64,000 bases of DNA from Podarcis cretensis (taxonomy: Eukaryota). The notes under the pieces are model-generated. The model saw only the letters and a program-made list of their open reading frames with translations, was not told where the DNA came from and made no database searches. Positions 1-12,377 of the stretch are shown in pieces (position 1 is the first letter of the stretch; every line of letters begins with the position of its first letter). The DNA lies in the NCBI GenBank assembly GCA_951804945.1, contig OX638153.1, forward strand, positions 22,816,001 to 22,880,000. The letters are read 5' to 3'. The position numbers were made by a program, and so were the translations under genes.

Positions 1-1025
1 GCACACTTGGTAGGGATGAGGCAGAGGGCCTTCTTAGTGGCCGCCCCCAGACTTTGGAACATCCTCCCTAGAAAAGCTGGTTCCCTCCTTGTTGTCCTTC
101 CACCAGTCTTGCTCCACCAGGCTTCCGGGTTAGCACCTCCGGCAATGGCGGAGCTCCTCCGAACGGGAGGAACTTGCTCCGTGAAAAGTAGGGTCTGAAC
201 CGCCACGGCGAAGGCAGAGACCCACTGAAATCACAGGCGGAAGAAGCCTGTGAACTTGGGATTCGGCTGGCACCCTTTGCACCTCCCCTACTCATGGGGA
301 AACCCTGTTTTGGGGATCCGGAGCAACGTGGGGTGAGTGGCGCGGTGCTTTGAATCGACTGCTTCTTTCACGGAGTGAAGCCGCATTGCTGCAGCCGGAG
401 AGCGCTGACTTTTTCCTGTGGACAATTGGACTTTAAACAACAACCCGTGAGTAGTAAGGAAAATTGGATCTTTAAATACCTTAATTTGACATCGAACGGG
501 GAAGGTTCAAAACAGGAAGTCCGCCTTCCCCTTTTGTAAATAGACTGAAGCAAAGAGCTTACAAGTTAAGGTCTTGGAAAGCCTTATGTAAAGGATTAAA
601 CTTCCATCGATTGAAATTATTAGACCCCCCTTGGAAGCAGGAGAAGAGGGGGAAAATTTTGGACCGTGTATCCTGAAGGAGAGAGTAATTAGAATTAAAT
701 TGCCACTGCTCTGAACCTGGGAATGGACTGACAGTGATTGACGTTTTGGGAGAGTTCATTGACAGCAAAGAGAACGGATGTTGACAGTCGGTTGAATAAG
801 AGAAATATATTGTTTCCATTGTCCGCTTCTGCGTTTAAAAGGGAGGAAAAGTAACAAAATTGAAACCAACTTTTCTTTTTGAACTTTCTTTGAAAGGATT
901 GATACAAGTGGAGACTGTTTCACTCTAGAGGGAGCTTTTGAAACTGTTACAAGAGTGGAGCTGGGAAATCTCCAGCTGCTTGATAAGAAGTGTGGGAACT
1001 AGAGATTGACCTTGGACATTCGAGA

Positions 1026-1670
1026 ATGTCGACAGGAGAAGCCTTAGTAACTGTATTTTGTAAGATAAACTATCTGCTGGAACAGCTTCATAAAAAATTG
1101 GATGTTATGATTACTAAAACTGACATTTTGGGACCAAAAGTGAGCACCAATACAGAAATTATTCAGGATTTGACACAAAAATCTATTTTAGCAGGACAAA
1201 TTGCTGAAAAGGAGAAGGAGAAAGTTGCTGTTGTCGAACCTAAAGCAATACAAGGGGGAGCTTTAGTCTTACAGAGGCAAATCAAAGACTACAAGCTGAG
1301 GCCCTTTATTATTGAAACTAGGAAAAGTCAGACTCTGAAGATCGGAGCCTGGCCTGGACTGGAAAAGGAAAGTTGGAAAGATCTTTCTATGCAGGGATTA
1401 ACTGACTTTTGGAATATGGACTTGGGTCAGGAGGAGATTGGAGCTCGGGGGGCCTTTGGAGTTGGAGGAATTTTGAAATATGCCCTGAAATACTTTATGG
1501 ATCCTAGCTTTAATTGTGGAAATTTGGCTGACCTGTCGAGAGGGAGTGGAGGTGTCGTTGGATTGGAGTTTCCTCGAGATCTGCTCTTTAGCATCAAAGA
1601 ATATGAAGAAGAACTGCAGAAGGGATGTGGAAGAGAGTTAAGAGCCTTGGACATAAGATTTCCAGGTTGA
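1026..1670 (+). CDS. L1 ORF1p-like protein (214 aa from first ATG), diverged and probably C-terminally truncated
   Basis: Longest ORF in the window. Heptad-like N-terminus followed by 'TLKIGAWPGLEKESWKDL...FWNMDLGQEEIGARGAFGVG', resembling the L1 ORF1 RRM entry motif (NLRIxGxPE...IERAxR); position within an L1-like element. Confidence 0.55.
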   Translation: MSTGEALVTVFCKINYLLEQLHKKLDVMITKTDILGPKVSTNTEIIQDLTQKSILAGQIAEKEKEKVAVVEPKAIQGGALVLQRQIKDYKLRPFIIETRKSQTLKIGAWPGLEKESWKDLSMQGLTDFWNMDLGQEEIGARGAFGVGGILKYALKYFMDPSFNCGNLADLSRGSGGVVGLEFPRDLLFSIKEYEEELQKGCGRELRALDIRFPG

Positions 1671-1770
1671 TGGACTGTATGGAGTGGACGGAAGTGTCTG
1701 TCAGAGCCTGAGACCGGGGAGAGGAGATGGTGGAAGAAGATTGGAAGATTTAAAGTCTATATATAGAAAT
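1664..1770 (+). pseudogene. Remnant of the extreme C-terminus of L1 ORF2
   Basis: Translates RLMDCMEWTEVSVRA*DRGEEMVEEDWKI*SLYIE, like the recalled squamate L1 ORF2 end (LMDYMELAEMT..IRD.GEE..EEDWK.F); two stops. Confidence 0.6.
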
Positions 1771-2240
1771 ATTGTAAAATTAATGAGTGACAGGAAAATG
1801 TTGGAATGAATTTTCTATGGCCTTAGTAGAAATGCTATAAGGAGTTAACCTTAATTAAGTATACTAAATTTAACGGAAATAAGATTAAAAATATGTTAAG
1901 ACATTTATATGATAGAAAATAGAGAAAGATGGAAAGGAATTGCTAAAACAATTAATGGAAGTGGAATACAAAGAGGGAGGTGAGAGGAGGTCGATGATAA
2001 GGGAATGAAAGTTAGAATATGGAAAAGGTATGAAGTATGTTTCTAAATTGTTTCTGTTTTGTTTTGTTTAGTTTATTGTGTTGGGTGATATGTTGAGGTT
2101 GTGTTTTGTATGGTTTATTGTATGGTTTTATTTTTTCTTGTTCTTGTTCTTTTTTTTGTTTTTCTCTTTTCTCTCTTTTTCCTTTTTAAAAAGTAATAAA
2201 TATTATTTTAAAAATAAAAAAAGAAAATGTTAAAAAAAAG

Positions 2241-2680
2241 TCCAAGCTATCTGAAAAACTGTAGTACCTCACTGAACCTGCCTGGATTTTGAGATCTTCA
2301 GGGGAGGCTCTTCTCTCAGCCCTACCACCCTCAAAGGCACACTTGGTAGGGATGAGGCAGAGGGCCCTTCTTAGTGGCTGCCCCCAGACTTTAGAACATC
2401 CTCCCTAGAAAAGCTGGTTCCCTCCTTGTTGTCCTTCCACCAGTCTTGCTCCAACAGGCTTTTGGGAACTGACTGCTTTCAATGAAAAGGCTTGTGCCAT
2501 AATGTGTTTTTTTTAAAAAAATAATATTTGTATAGTTTAAATAGATTTTTTTTTTTAAAAAAAAAAGTGTGTGTGTGTGTGTGTGTGTAGTTTTGCTTCT
2601 ATCTATGTTTAATTCTTCTTTAATGGTTTTTTATGTTCTTATTTTTAGCTGTAAGCCTTCTTGAATCCCAGGCAAAAGTA
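2241..2680 (+). mobile_element. Old L2-type LINE 3' fragment (target of the L1 insertion; part duplicated at 1-124)
   Basis: 'agggccttcttagtggccgcccccagactttggaacatcctccct' (RAFLVAAPRLWNILP), typical L2/CR1-clade ORF2 end, followed by AT-rich 3'UTR with (TG)n. Confidence 0.6.
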
Positions 2681-4554
2681 AAGCTTCCAACTAACTCTAC
2701 TAGAATTTTTAACATTGCTGCTCTTAAGAGGCAAAACTAGCAAAGGACAAGAAACAATGAAGAACAAAACTAGTTCCTTCCTTCAACATTCTTCCCTCAG
2801 AGCACCAGGATTGGAGAGCCCTGATAAAATCCATCTGATTACAGGCTAGTCCTATCAATCACAAAGGTGCAGAAATATCATTTAAAGCTCAGTTTCCCAG
2901 GAAGCTGTGCCCATTATCACAGTCTGTACTTATTTTGCTTTGATGGAGCTACATCCTTCCAGACTAGAGATGTGCATTTAATTTTAGTTAATACAATGAT
3001 GAAAATGGAATTAGTCAATTTGATTTTGGCTATTGCATTAACTAAAACTAAATAGAAAGCAAGCAAGATTTAATTTCCATTTAACTATTATGTCACAGCT
3101 GCCTGCCCTTGGAAGGTCTGGGATGTAAAGTCTGCAGCAATTTTAAGTCAGAGGGTAGGGGCAGGAGGGGGTAAAGTAGGAATTACAAGGATTAGCATCC
3201 CTGCTGGGCAACTTGTATTGCAAGCACAGAAAAGAAATCCTGCCATAGAGCCATAGCTGTCAACTTTTCCCATTTCTTGCGAGGAATCCTATTCAGAATA
3301 AGGGAATTTCCCTTTAAAAAAGGGAAAAGTTGACAGCTATGCACAGAGATGGGGCCACAGTCTGGCAATACACAAGTGGGGCACTGTAGAATCTTTACCA
3401 CGAATGACTGTTGCTTTGAGCTCCAGTGTGCTAATTTGGATACAAAATACTTTGCTGATTTCCCCCTTTGGGGTCTGCTTCCCGAATCATACTGCCATTG
3501 TAAGCACTCTCAATTTGCCTGCGTGTTTCATTCCTGTCACTCTTTCTGACCACCAGTGATAGCATCTCTCTCTATTGTGTCAGCCGACAGTGCTTTTCCT
3601 ACTGAGGTATTAGCAGGTGTTAATTATTGGGGATGGGAAAGGATCAGAGAGGCAGCTTGAGAAGGGTTGGGATTGTTTTCCTAGACAAAGAGTGGGGAAC
3701 TGGATTGGGCCACTGGGCCAGACCTTCCTTCCACTTAACCACCTAACATCACCATGATGCCAGGTGAAGTTTTTTCCTTTGCAAGCTGGCTGGATAGAAA
3801 ATGTTGTACCCCCCACTCCCGGTTTGATTTCAGATTTCATGAGCAACAAAATATGGATTACAAACAGCTGCAGATCAGGGCTTGCTGTAAGCACCAATCT
3901 TTATACCTGCCCCACCTGTTGTCAGGTGAGGGATAGATGGGCATGGTTTGGGGGAAATGGCCCTGTGGACCAGAGGTTCTGCACCACTGCCATTGAGAAT
4001 ATTGAAAACCAAATCAAAAACAAATGTCTGCACCTAAAATTGAAATCAAGATTAAACAACAGCAAGCTCATTCTCAGAGTGTGGATTCTTATGTTGCCAA
4101 AGGGCACCTTCCATACACAAGGAGGAGGTAACAGCAAGCAATCCTGACAGTCTTGAATTGAATTTCACATTCCCCCCGGCTGCATCCTCCACTAAATGCT
4201 GTCCACTTGGCCTGCTTAGTTTGTATTTTATTTAAGCATTATTGCCGGACTGCAAATTATATACAAAATTGCTGCCAGCAATGTTAATTGGTTGGACGCT
4301 GTGCTGGAAATTATGTATTGACGAGAACAATACGCTGGAATGATGGGGTGAAATACTGTCATGGCGTCCCACTATACTGTGAATCTATAGTACAGCCAAT
4401 TTTTAATTAGTAAAATTAGAGACTGAGGAGTTGAAACCTACTGGAAAACACATAATCTGACCTCATCAGCAAGGAACAACTTTCATTGATGGGTTTTTGT
4501 GTGTGTGAAGAAGGGCTGTTTTGAATAGGTGGTGAGGGATAAGTTGGGTTGAAT

Positions 4555-4560
4555 TAGGGT

Positions 4561-4611
<51 letters not shown>

Positions 4612-4739
4612 AATATTATATTTCTATTGACTTGCCTAAGATCCAGGACAAAGCGGCACCTTTCAGAAATCCCCCCATGTCAATTCCACCTTTGAAACCC
4701 CAGTAATGTCTGGGAAATTCCAGACGTATGGTCACCCTA
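4555..4739. mobile_element. Short non-autonomous DNA transposon with internal (AT)n
   Basis: TIRs tagggttgccata / tatggtcacccta; imperfect 8-bp flanks ggttgaat / ctttgaat; (AT)n at ~4565-4608. Confidence 0.55.
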
Positions 4740-5029
4740 CTTTGAATCACCATGGCCTAGCAATTGGGTTAAGGTGGTAGGATGGAGGCAGATTGATTTA
4801 GCCCAGGGGTCTCTGGTTGCAGGGTCTGGTTGCGGTAGGGGAAAGGGGGCAATGTGTTGTTAGACACCTTGGGCAGTGCTGCATGTGGCAGCCCCCTCAA
4901 CCAGGGCTGTATCTAGACACATCAAGGAAACGTTTCAGTTAAAGGCATTGTAAACTTTGTATGAAAAATCGGGTTGGCAAAAATGGAACTCCACAGTGCC
5001 ATCTGGTGTCACAGTGTTACAATGCATAT

Positions 5030-5793
5030 TATTGTTTAGTTGTTTAGTCATGTCCGACTCTTCGTGACCCCATTGACCAGAGCACGCCAGGCACTCCTGT
5101 CTTCCACTGCCTCCCGCAGTTTGGTCAAACTCATGCTGGTAGCTTCGAGAACACTATCCAACCATCTCATCCTCCTTCGTCCCCTTTTCCTTGTTCCCTC
5201 CATCTTTCCCAACATCAGGGTCTTTTCCAGGGAGTCTTCTCTTCTCATGAGGTGGCCAAAGTATTGGAGCCTCAGCTTCAGGATCTGTCCTTCCAGTGAG
5301 CACTCAGGGCTGATTTCCTTAAGAATGGATAGGTTTGATCTTCTTGCAGTCCATGGGACTCTCAAGAGTGTCCTCCAGCACCAAAATTCAAAAGCATCAA
5401 TTCTTCGGCGATCAGCCTTCTTTATGGTCCAGCTCTCACTTCCATACATCACTACTGGGAAAACCATAGCTTTAACTATATGGACCTTTGTCGGCCAGGT
5501 ATGTCTCTGCTTTTTAAGATGCTGTCTAGGTTTGTCATCGCCTTTCTCCCAAGAAGCAGGCGTCTTTTAATTTTGTGACTGCTGTCATCATCTGCAGTGA
5601 TCATGGAGCCCAATAAAATAAAATCTCTCACTGCCTCCATTTCTTCCTCTTCTGTTTGCCAGGAGGTGATGGGACCAGTGGCCACCATTTTAGGGTTTTT
5701 TATGTTGAACTTCAGACCATAGTTTGCGCTCTCCTCTTTCACCCTCATTAAGAGGTTCTTTAATTCCTCCTCACTTTCTGCCATCAAAGTTGT
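5030..5793 (-). mobile_element. BovB (RTE) LINE, 5'-truncated, RT C-terminus
   Basis: ORFs 5476-5814 and 5048-5467 give BovB-type peptide (TTLMAESEEELK..., MVFPVVMYGSESWTIKKADRRRIDAFE...); frameshift near 5500; (CAA)-type tail. Confidence 0.95.
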
Positions 5794-7848
5794 AAAGCGC
5801 TTTTTCTTTGCCAATGTTGCTGAGGCCCAGCCTTTTGGGTAGGCCTGCCTATTCAGCAGGGACTGCTGACCTTGATATGAAACCCTGGAATTGGTATTTA
5901 CTGTATCTATGCCCCATACTCAACATGTGAGAGGAATCTAATTACATTTGAGTAAGCCTGTAAACTTGGTTACTTTTTACATGCCACTCGCAGAAGCACA
6001 GAAATGGAAGTGATTTCCACTTGTTTGTTTCCCATAAAAAATGCTAATGAGTAGATTATGCACAAATGTCTTGGGGTTTTGATGGTAATGGGATGATTGC
6101 CACTGACATGTCAAGCCACACATGGCTGGTTTATTGTTTTATGTTTTCTAATCGTCTGTTGGAACAGAGAAGCGGCAAACAGGAGGAGATAATGTAGCAT
6201 AAAACTTTTGTTTTAAAGCTTCCTCCATTTACTTGCTGGGTTGTTGTTTTTTAGATTTCCCATTTAGCTGCATTAGTCTCATTAAATGCACACCTGTTAC
6301 ATAAAAAAACCCCCAAAGCTGAATACACTTTAGCCAACTTCTCTAATCTGTTGGTCTTTGTTTTGATTTTAGCTTTTATATTAATCCTAATGATACTTTT
6401 CCCAAGTTAAATTTACACTGTGAAGTGCCAACTAAACAGAAACAGGCACTCATGCACATGTACTTCTTTGAAAAAGCACTAGCTCCATGGAAAATTTAAG
6501 AATGAGTGCTAGGAAAGGGGGGGGGTTCTTTTTTATGAAAGAGAAGGCGAGTGATTGATTATTTGGAGAATACCTTTATTTTGCATTAGAAGAAGCATGG
6601 TAGAATTGAACAAACGGGCGCTTCATATGGTGCTACAGAAACTTACTCTAATTCACCTCAGCTAAATGGAAACAAAACAACTGAAACTGTTCATCAGTTT
6701 GTTTAAATTAGGGCTAAGCCAAAACCTAGTGCAGGGTAGGTTTTACGAAATTTCCTCCACATTGTTTATTTATTTTGCCGCCACCGAGTCTGTTGTCCAG
6801 AATGCAAACATTCCAATGTTTTCCCCACTCTGGACTGAAAAACTATGAAGTTTAGCATTCACAAATGTCCAGCATTGTTGAATTTAGGTTGGGTACATTA
6901 GGTGCTACCTGATGTTGCAGTTCTTAAAAAAATAAAACAACAAGAAGAAGCACCCCCCTCCCTTGCCAGTTCACTTGCATCTTAAGAATGTGCCCTTAAT
7001 AAAAACCCGAAGCATGAGTGTCTTCCCTGCTCCAGAGAAGATAATCCATTTTTGACTGCTACGTCCCTATCTCTTAGCAGGTGTTGGTGCACAGCATGGC
7101 CATTAAGCCTTATCAGAATAGGACATTTTTTTTCCTGGTTATGTGAGTACTTTTATCTCCTCCTGGACATGCCAAGGTTTTCTCATCAACTCATTCAAAA
7201 ATCACAGCAGGGCAGTACAAAGTGTTAAATAGACTGCCTCCAGAAGCCAGACAAATTGTTTTTAATTCCAAAATCTGCATCAAGGCAACCCTTTTATTAG
7301 GCTAAGCAAAATATCACAGAATAGTTTTTGAGTTCTGCAGAATGCTTCATCACACTAGATCAGAGGTGAGGAACCTATGCCCTGAAAGCCTGATGAGTTA
7401 GACCCAGTTCACATCTCAATTTGGCCAACAAAGTCAATACTTAATCATACCTACCTGCCACAGACCTGACATCATAGATGTGGAGCAAATAAGGACATGG
7501 CTCCCATGAAACAATTGGGAGTTTACAGTGAGTTCCCACTTGTTTCTTTGCAAGCAGGGCTGGCTGGCAAGACCGACCAGCTGATTGGCACTGACGGTGA
7601 ATTCAGTCACCTGCTGAGGAACTCCTGAGCGAAGCTGATCCCTGATTCTTTTTAAAATCCCCTTTTTGATGTCATATGATCCCTAATAATAATAATTTTA
7701 TTATTTGTACCCCACCTGACTGGGTTGTCCCAACCACTATGGGCAACCTCCAAGAAAATATAAAAAACCACCTGCAAATGTGTGAATATTTGGCAAGTAT
7801 TAAATATTTAATATCACTGAAAACCGCTTTTTTAGTAGCAGTTAACAT

Positions 7849-7980
7849 GTTCTCAAAGCTACAAACATGAGTCTGACCAAACTGCGGGAGGCAGTGGAAG
7901 ACAGGAGTGCCTGGCGTGCTCTGGTCCATGGGGTCACGAAGAGTCGGACACGACTAAACGACTAAACAACAACAACAACA
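7849..7980 (+). mobile_element. BovB 3' end
   Basis: ...gggtcacgaagagtcggacacgactaaacgactaaac(aac)n; short TSD aacat. Confidence 0.9.
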
Positions 7981-9850
7981 TCTGAAAATATCTGAAACTT
8001 GACATGCACCATCGTTCTGTACTTGCGACTATCTGAAACAACATCATTTTGTTTTTATTCACATCTAAGGCCAGAATTTGAAGCAGCAGTACTTTCTTAC
8101 ATCTGTTCCAAAGCAAGTCATAATCCAACCTGATCAAGGTTGCATACTATTCTGCTATGAAAACTAAAGAGCTATGTGTATAAGCTTCTTGGCTTGGCTG
8201 TGATGTTGTTGCTCTGATTTATCTGATAACAAGCACAGTTCTATTTTTAAAAATTTTATTGGTAGTATTATTTGTATGGAGAAGCTCAATCATGGGAGCA
8301 ATCCCTAGCATGACATTTTCATGGCTGTTGTGCTCCATATGGACACATTCACTGTTTTCAGTTTTGTTTTGTTCCTAGGACCTCAGGACTGGTTAGATAC
8401 CAGCAGCAGATTATTTTATTGTAAATGTTAGTTTGAGGGATTATGTCCCAATGTATGGATGACTTTACATTTGCTTATATTGGATCTTATTTTCCATTTT
8501 GCTCATTCACTTAATTTAGAAAAAAAAAAATTTTTTTTGAGCTACTGGCAATCTTACTGGTTTTTAGCTTGAACAAAACTTTTTGGGGATATTGAGTTAT
8601 GATTGTGCCTCTTGTGTAAATGCCCCTTTCTAGATATAGAAGAGACATCAATTGCCCAATCTTGACAATAGCTTAGAGAAAGGAATAGTGACTGGAGGCT
8701 CCATCCCCTCTTCAAACTGGAAATCCAGTTGTACACCAAAGGTCTACAGAGCTCAAACCAAATACATAAATAGTTGGAATGTCTTCAATGGCAGTTTAAA
8801 AAAAAAACAAAAAAAAAACCCTAGGTGGCTTCAGACTTCTGCCTTTAATCACTTGTGCACTCTTTCATTTCTAAACCTCTTAATCCAAACAATTTTAATA
8901 GATTTTTTTGCAAGAGCACTGTTATTCCTAATATATGCCCACTGCATATCAATTATAATACCTCTTATAGCATAGTTGCAAGAACTTCCTGGATTCTCCC
9001 TCCTCCGCCCCTGCCCGCCCCCTATTTTGTTGAAATTAATAGAAATGTCTTGCCCATTTATTCTCACAAAGCTTTAGGCATAAAATGAAAATGTGGAAAT
9101 GTTTTTGGGATAATTAACAGTTCTGTCAGTAATAAAAAGTGTGCTTCTCTGATACCTAGATATTAATTGAAAAGTGGTAAATGAGTGTTGCATCATTGTC
9201 CATTAGGCTTCTAATTACTGTAAGGTGAAAACTCTGCACAATGAAGAAGTCTTGTGATTTATTTCTCTTAAGAAAGTAGGGTGAAGGGAAGGTGAAAGGA
9301 ATTATTATTACTACTACTCTGTACTGTTGAGAGTAATATATGCAAAAGGAGGGGCAGGAAGTCCCTGCTTCCAGGAAATAGTCAAAATTCTACAATGAAG
9401 AAGATAACAAAGGGACCGGAGAGAGACAGAAAGGGCAGGATAAGAAGGGATGAGGAACTGAAGTTCTACCTAATTAGGCTTTGATTCAGTTTGGCCCAAG
9501 ACTGAAGAGGTTAAGGAACAGGCATGGAATGAGTTCCCCGAATCTGTCCCAGAAAAGATTTGCACGTCTAGTGATGCCAACAACTTCACAAATAACGGCT
9601 CACAATGCCAATTATAGCTGGCGACAATGTTCCCCCTTCCACATGATCCAGGCACTCTTACCCTAGTACCCTTACTTTGTCTGTAATTGGTGATGAGATG
9701 CATTTTGAGCCGATATCCCTCCTTGAAACTTGTGGGGTCAACAATAATTAGACCAGGCTGGCAAGGCTGAGAGACACTTTTTGCTACATGCTCAGAACAT
9801 GACTACTTACGTTTTTGTGAGAATCTGCCCTTTCTTTCTGACAATACGGC

Positions 9851-10246
9851 CAGGGCCGTCTTTAGCATATGCGCCGCTGGGGTGCAAAGATCCGCCCAGC
9901 GCCCCAAAATTAGTTTAGCCACCCCCAAATTAACTTTGATTGAGCTTTTTTGTTGTTCTTTTTTAGGGGGTGAACTCAAAGTTGTTGAGCTTTTTGGGGG
10001 GAGAAATTGCTCACCTGTAACAACGACGATGTGGAAAGAACTGCTTTTGTTTCCTGACTCAAGAATATTTTTGACACTGCGGAGTAACAGAGCAACAGAG
10101 GAGGGGGACAGGGACTTTCGCTCCATTGCTTTACATTGCCGCCGATCGAGAGGGACTGGTATACAATAGGTATACATTCTGCACCCCCCAGAATTTGGTG
10201 CCCGGGTGCCCCATACCCCTTGCACCCCCAGGGAAAGACGGCACTG
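9851..10246. mobile_element. Non-autonomous hAT transposon
   Basis: TIRs cagggccgtcttt / aaagacggcactg; perfect 8-bp TSD aatacggc (9843-9850, 10247-10254). Confidence 0.9.
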
Positions 10247-11095
10247 AATACGGCTGTGTCCCATTATTCTCTCTGTATGTGTTTCCAAAATGGCCTGTCA
10301 CCCATTCCCATGATTCCCAATTGTACCAGGAAATTATTCTGTCACTTTCCTCCACAGGGAAAGGAGGAATAGAGAGGTGGTATTGGAGGACATGTGCCTC
10401 TGGAACTAGGCTGAAAGATATGTGCCTCTACTCTAGGCTAGTTGGCACTCACAGTTTGGTGGATAAGAGACTTTTGCCTCTGCTCATTCTACTCTCTCAA
10501 CATTTAATTTTGTTGACTTCCACCTTTTATTCTAGACTTAATAGGATCTTGAACTTATTGTACTTTGAGGTACTCAGATCTCATGAGAGTGTGCTGTTAA
10601 GGCTGCAGTCCTAGACACACTTGCCCAGAAGGAGCTCAGTAAATATGCATTGGGATGTGCTGTAAGTCACCTTTTGACGTGTGCTGTCGGCTATGTTGTT
10701 GTTGCCAAGGAGTTGGTTTCTTGCATGATTGGAGTTCAAATATATTTATATGCTTTGCAATGGTTGTGGTCCTCCTTGTCTCCAACTCCTACATGTTTTT
10801 GTACAGCTTTTTGCCCTCTACATCATTTTATTTTATAGTATACTTGATACTTTAATAACTTCCTGCCCCATAATATTTTTCTGCTTACATCCCAGGCACT
10901 GGAGCCTCTGACATCTTGGCCAATTCAATCTTTTTTGCCCAAATAAAAATACAAGAGGATTGAAAGAATAAAACTTGTGGCTTCTTGGAAATCTATTTCA
11001 TGGTTGCTGATAGGAATAATAAGAACAAAAGTAGTCTGGACATGGAGAACTGTGAAAGTTCACAGTATGGAATGCCGATAAAATACAACCTACTA

Positions 11096-11703
11096 CAGTG
11101 GTACCTCAGTTTTTGAACATCTCCGTTGACTAACATTTCAGTTTCCGAACGCCGTAAACCCGGAAGTAGATGCTTCGGTTTTCAAACACACCTCGGAAGT
11201 CAAACATGCAACACAGCTTCCGCTGAGTGCAAGATCCTGAGGCCTAGGTAAAGGTAAAGGTACCCCTGCCCGTAAGGGCCAGTCTTGCCAGACTCTAGGG
11301 TTGTGCGCTCATCTCACTCTATAGGCCGGGAACCAGCGCTGTCCGCAGACACTTCCAGGTCACGTGGCCAGCGTGACAAAGCTGCTCTGGCGAGCCAGCG
11401 CCGCACACGGAATGCCGTTTACCTTCCCGCTGGTAAGCGGTTCCTATTTATCTACTTGCACCCGGGGGTGCTTTCGGGGGTGCTTGCTAGGTTGGCAGGC
11501 GCTGGGACTGAACGATGGGAGCGCACCCCGCCGCGGGGATTCGAACCGCCGACCATGCGATCGGCAAGTCCTAGGCGCTGAGGTTTTACCCACAGCGCCA
11601 CCCACGTCCCTAGCTGCTGGCTATTGAGTTTTCAGTTTTTGAATGTTTCAGAACTCAAACAGTCTTCCAGAACAGATTACGTTCGAAAACTGAGGTACCA
11701 CTG
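11096..11703. mobile_element. Tc1/mariner (Tigger/pogo-like) MITE interrupted by a Sauria SINE
   Basis: TIRs cagtggtacctcagttt / aaactgaggtaccactg, TA TSD. Confidence 0.9.
11247..11610 (-). mobile_element. Sauria SINE, full length
   Basis: tRNA-like head gggacgtgggtggcgctgtgggtaaaacc, B-box ggttcgaatccc, (ACCTTT)n tail; short cctag duplication. Confidence 0.95.
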
Positions 11704-11779
11704 TATATGTTTGGGAAAGTGGTTTGTCTGTCCATTTGTTTGTTGGTTCTCTGTACATTTGGACAACTCTGACATATTG

Positions 11780-12215
11780 TCGCCAAACTTGGCAAGAGGG
11801 TTTCTGAGGTGGGGGTGGTGCTCTTCATCACCATTTAAACACAAGGCACCATTTTGAATCAAATGGCAGATCCAAAGTCACTTTGGTGTGACTTTGCCCA
11901 TTTTTTGACATAGGTTCAAACACCTCTCATGATATTGCTGGCATGAGGGTTCCTAAGGTGGAAGTGGCAGTCTTAGTCACTGTTTGGATGTGGGCGCCAT
12001 TTTGAATCAAGATGGTGGATCAAAACATTACTTCAGTGCGACTGTGCCTGTTTTTTGGCATAGGTTTGGCTGCCTCTTTGTTGCCAAACTCGGCACAAAG
12101 GTTCCCAAGGTGTGGGCGACAGCCTTCATTGCTGTTTCGATGCTGGGCACCATTTTGAGTCAAGATGGCCAACTAAAATGTGTCTTTGGATTCACTTCAT
12201 CTGATTTTTGGTGTG
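11780..12215. repeat. Degenerate ~150-bp tandem repeat (about 3 units)
   Basis: c(a/g)ccattttga(a/g)tcaa(g)atgg at 11847, 11995, 12148; gccaaact at 11782 and 12083. Confidence 0.75.
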
Positions 12216-12377
12216 ATGGGTCCAAACTCACAAATTCCACTATCCATTTAAAGAAATAGTAGTTTTTAAGCATTCCCAGGCAGGTGTCATTACTTATAAG
12301 CTTGCAAGTTCACAGAATCCTCTTTTCAAGGAATATCACCAATATTTATCCAAAAAAGGTTAAGCATATTCAATGAA

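Larger units (their letters stand above)
125..2240 (+). mobile_element. Internally deleted / ORF1-only L1-type non-LTR retrotransposon (half-L1-like)
   Basis: CpG-rich 5' end (CTTCCGG...AATGGCGG), ORF1-like frame, ORF2 C-terminal remnant, GT/T-rich 3'UTR, AATAAA 2195-2200, A-rich tail to ~2239; flanked by duplicated sequence 1-124 / 2337-2461. Confidence 0.8.

Noticed and set aside
4993-5010. CTCF-like motif (GACACCAGATGGCACTGT on minus)
   Set aside because: A single motif match, probably within an old repeat; not supportable without binding data.
5040-5570. 176-aa + strand ORF
   Set aside because: Antisense shadow of BovB RT.
9803-10614. Cluster of 95-162 aa ORFs
   Set aside because: They overlap a GC-rich non-autonomous hAT and show no transposase or other motifs.
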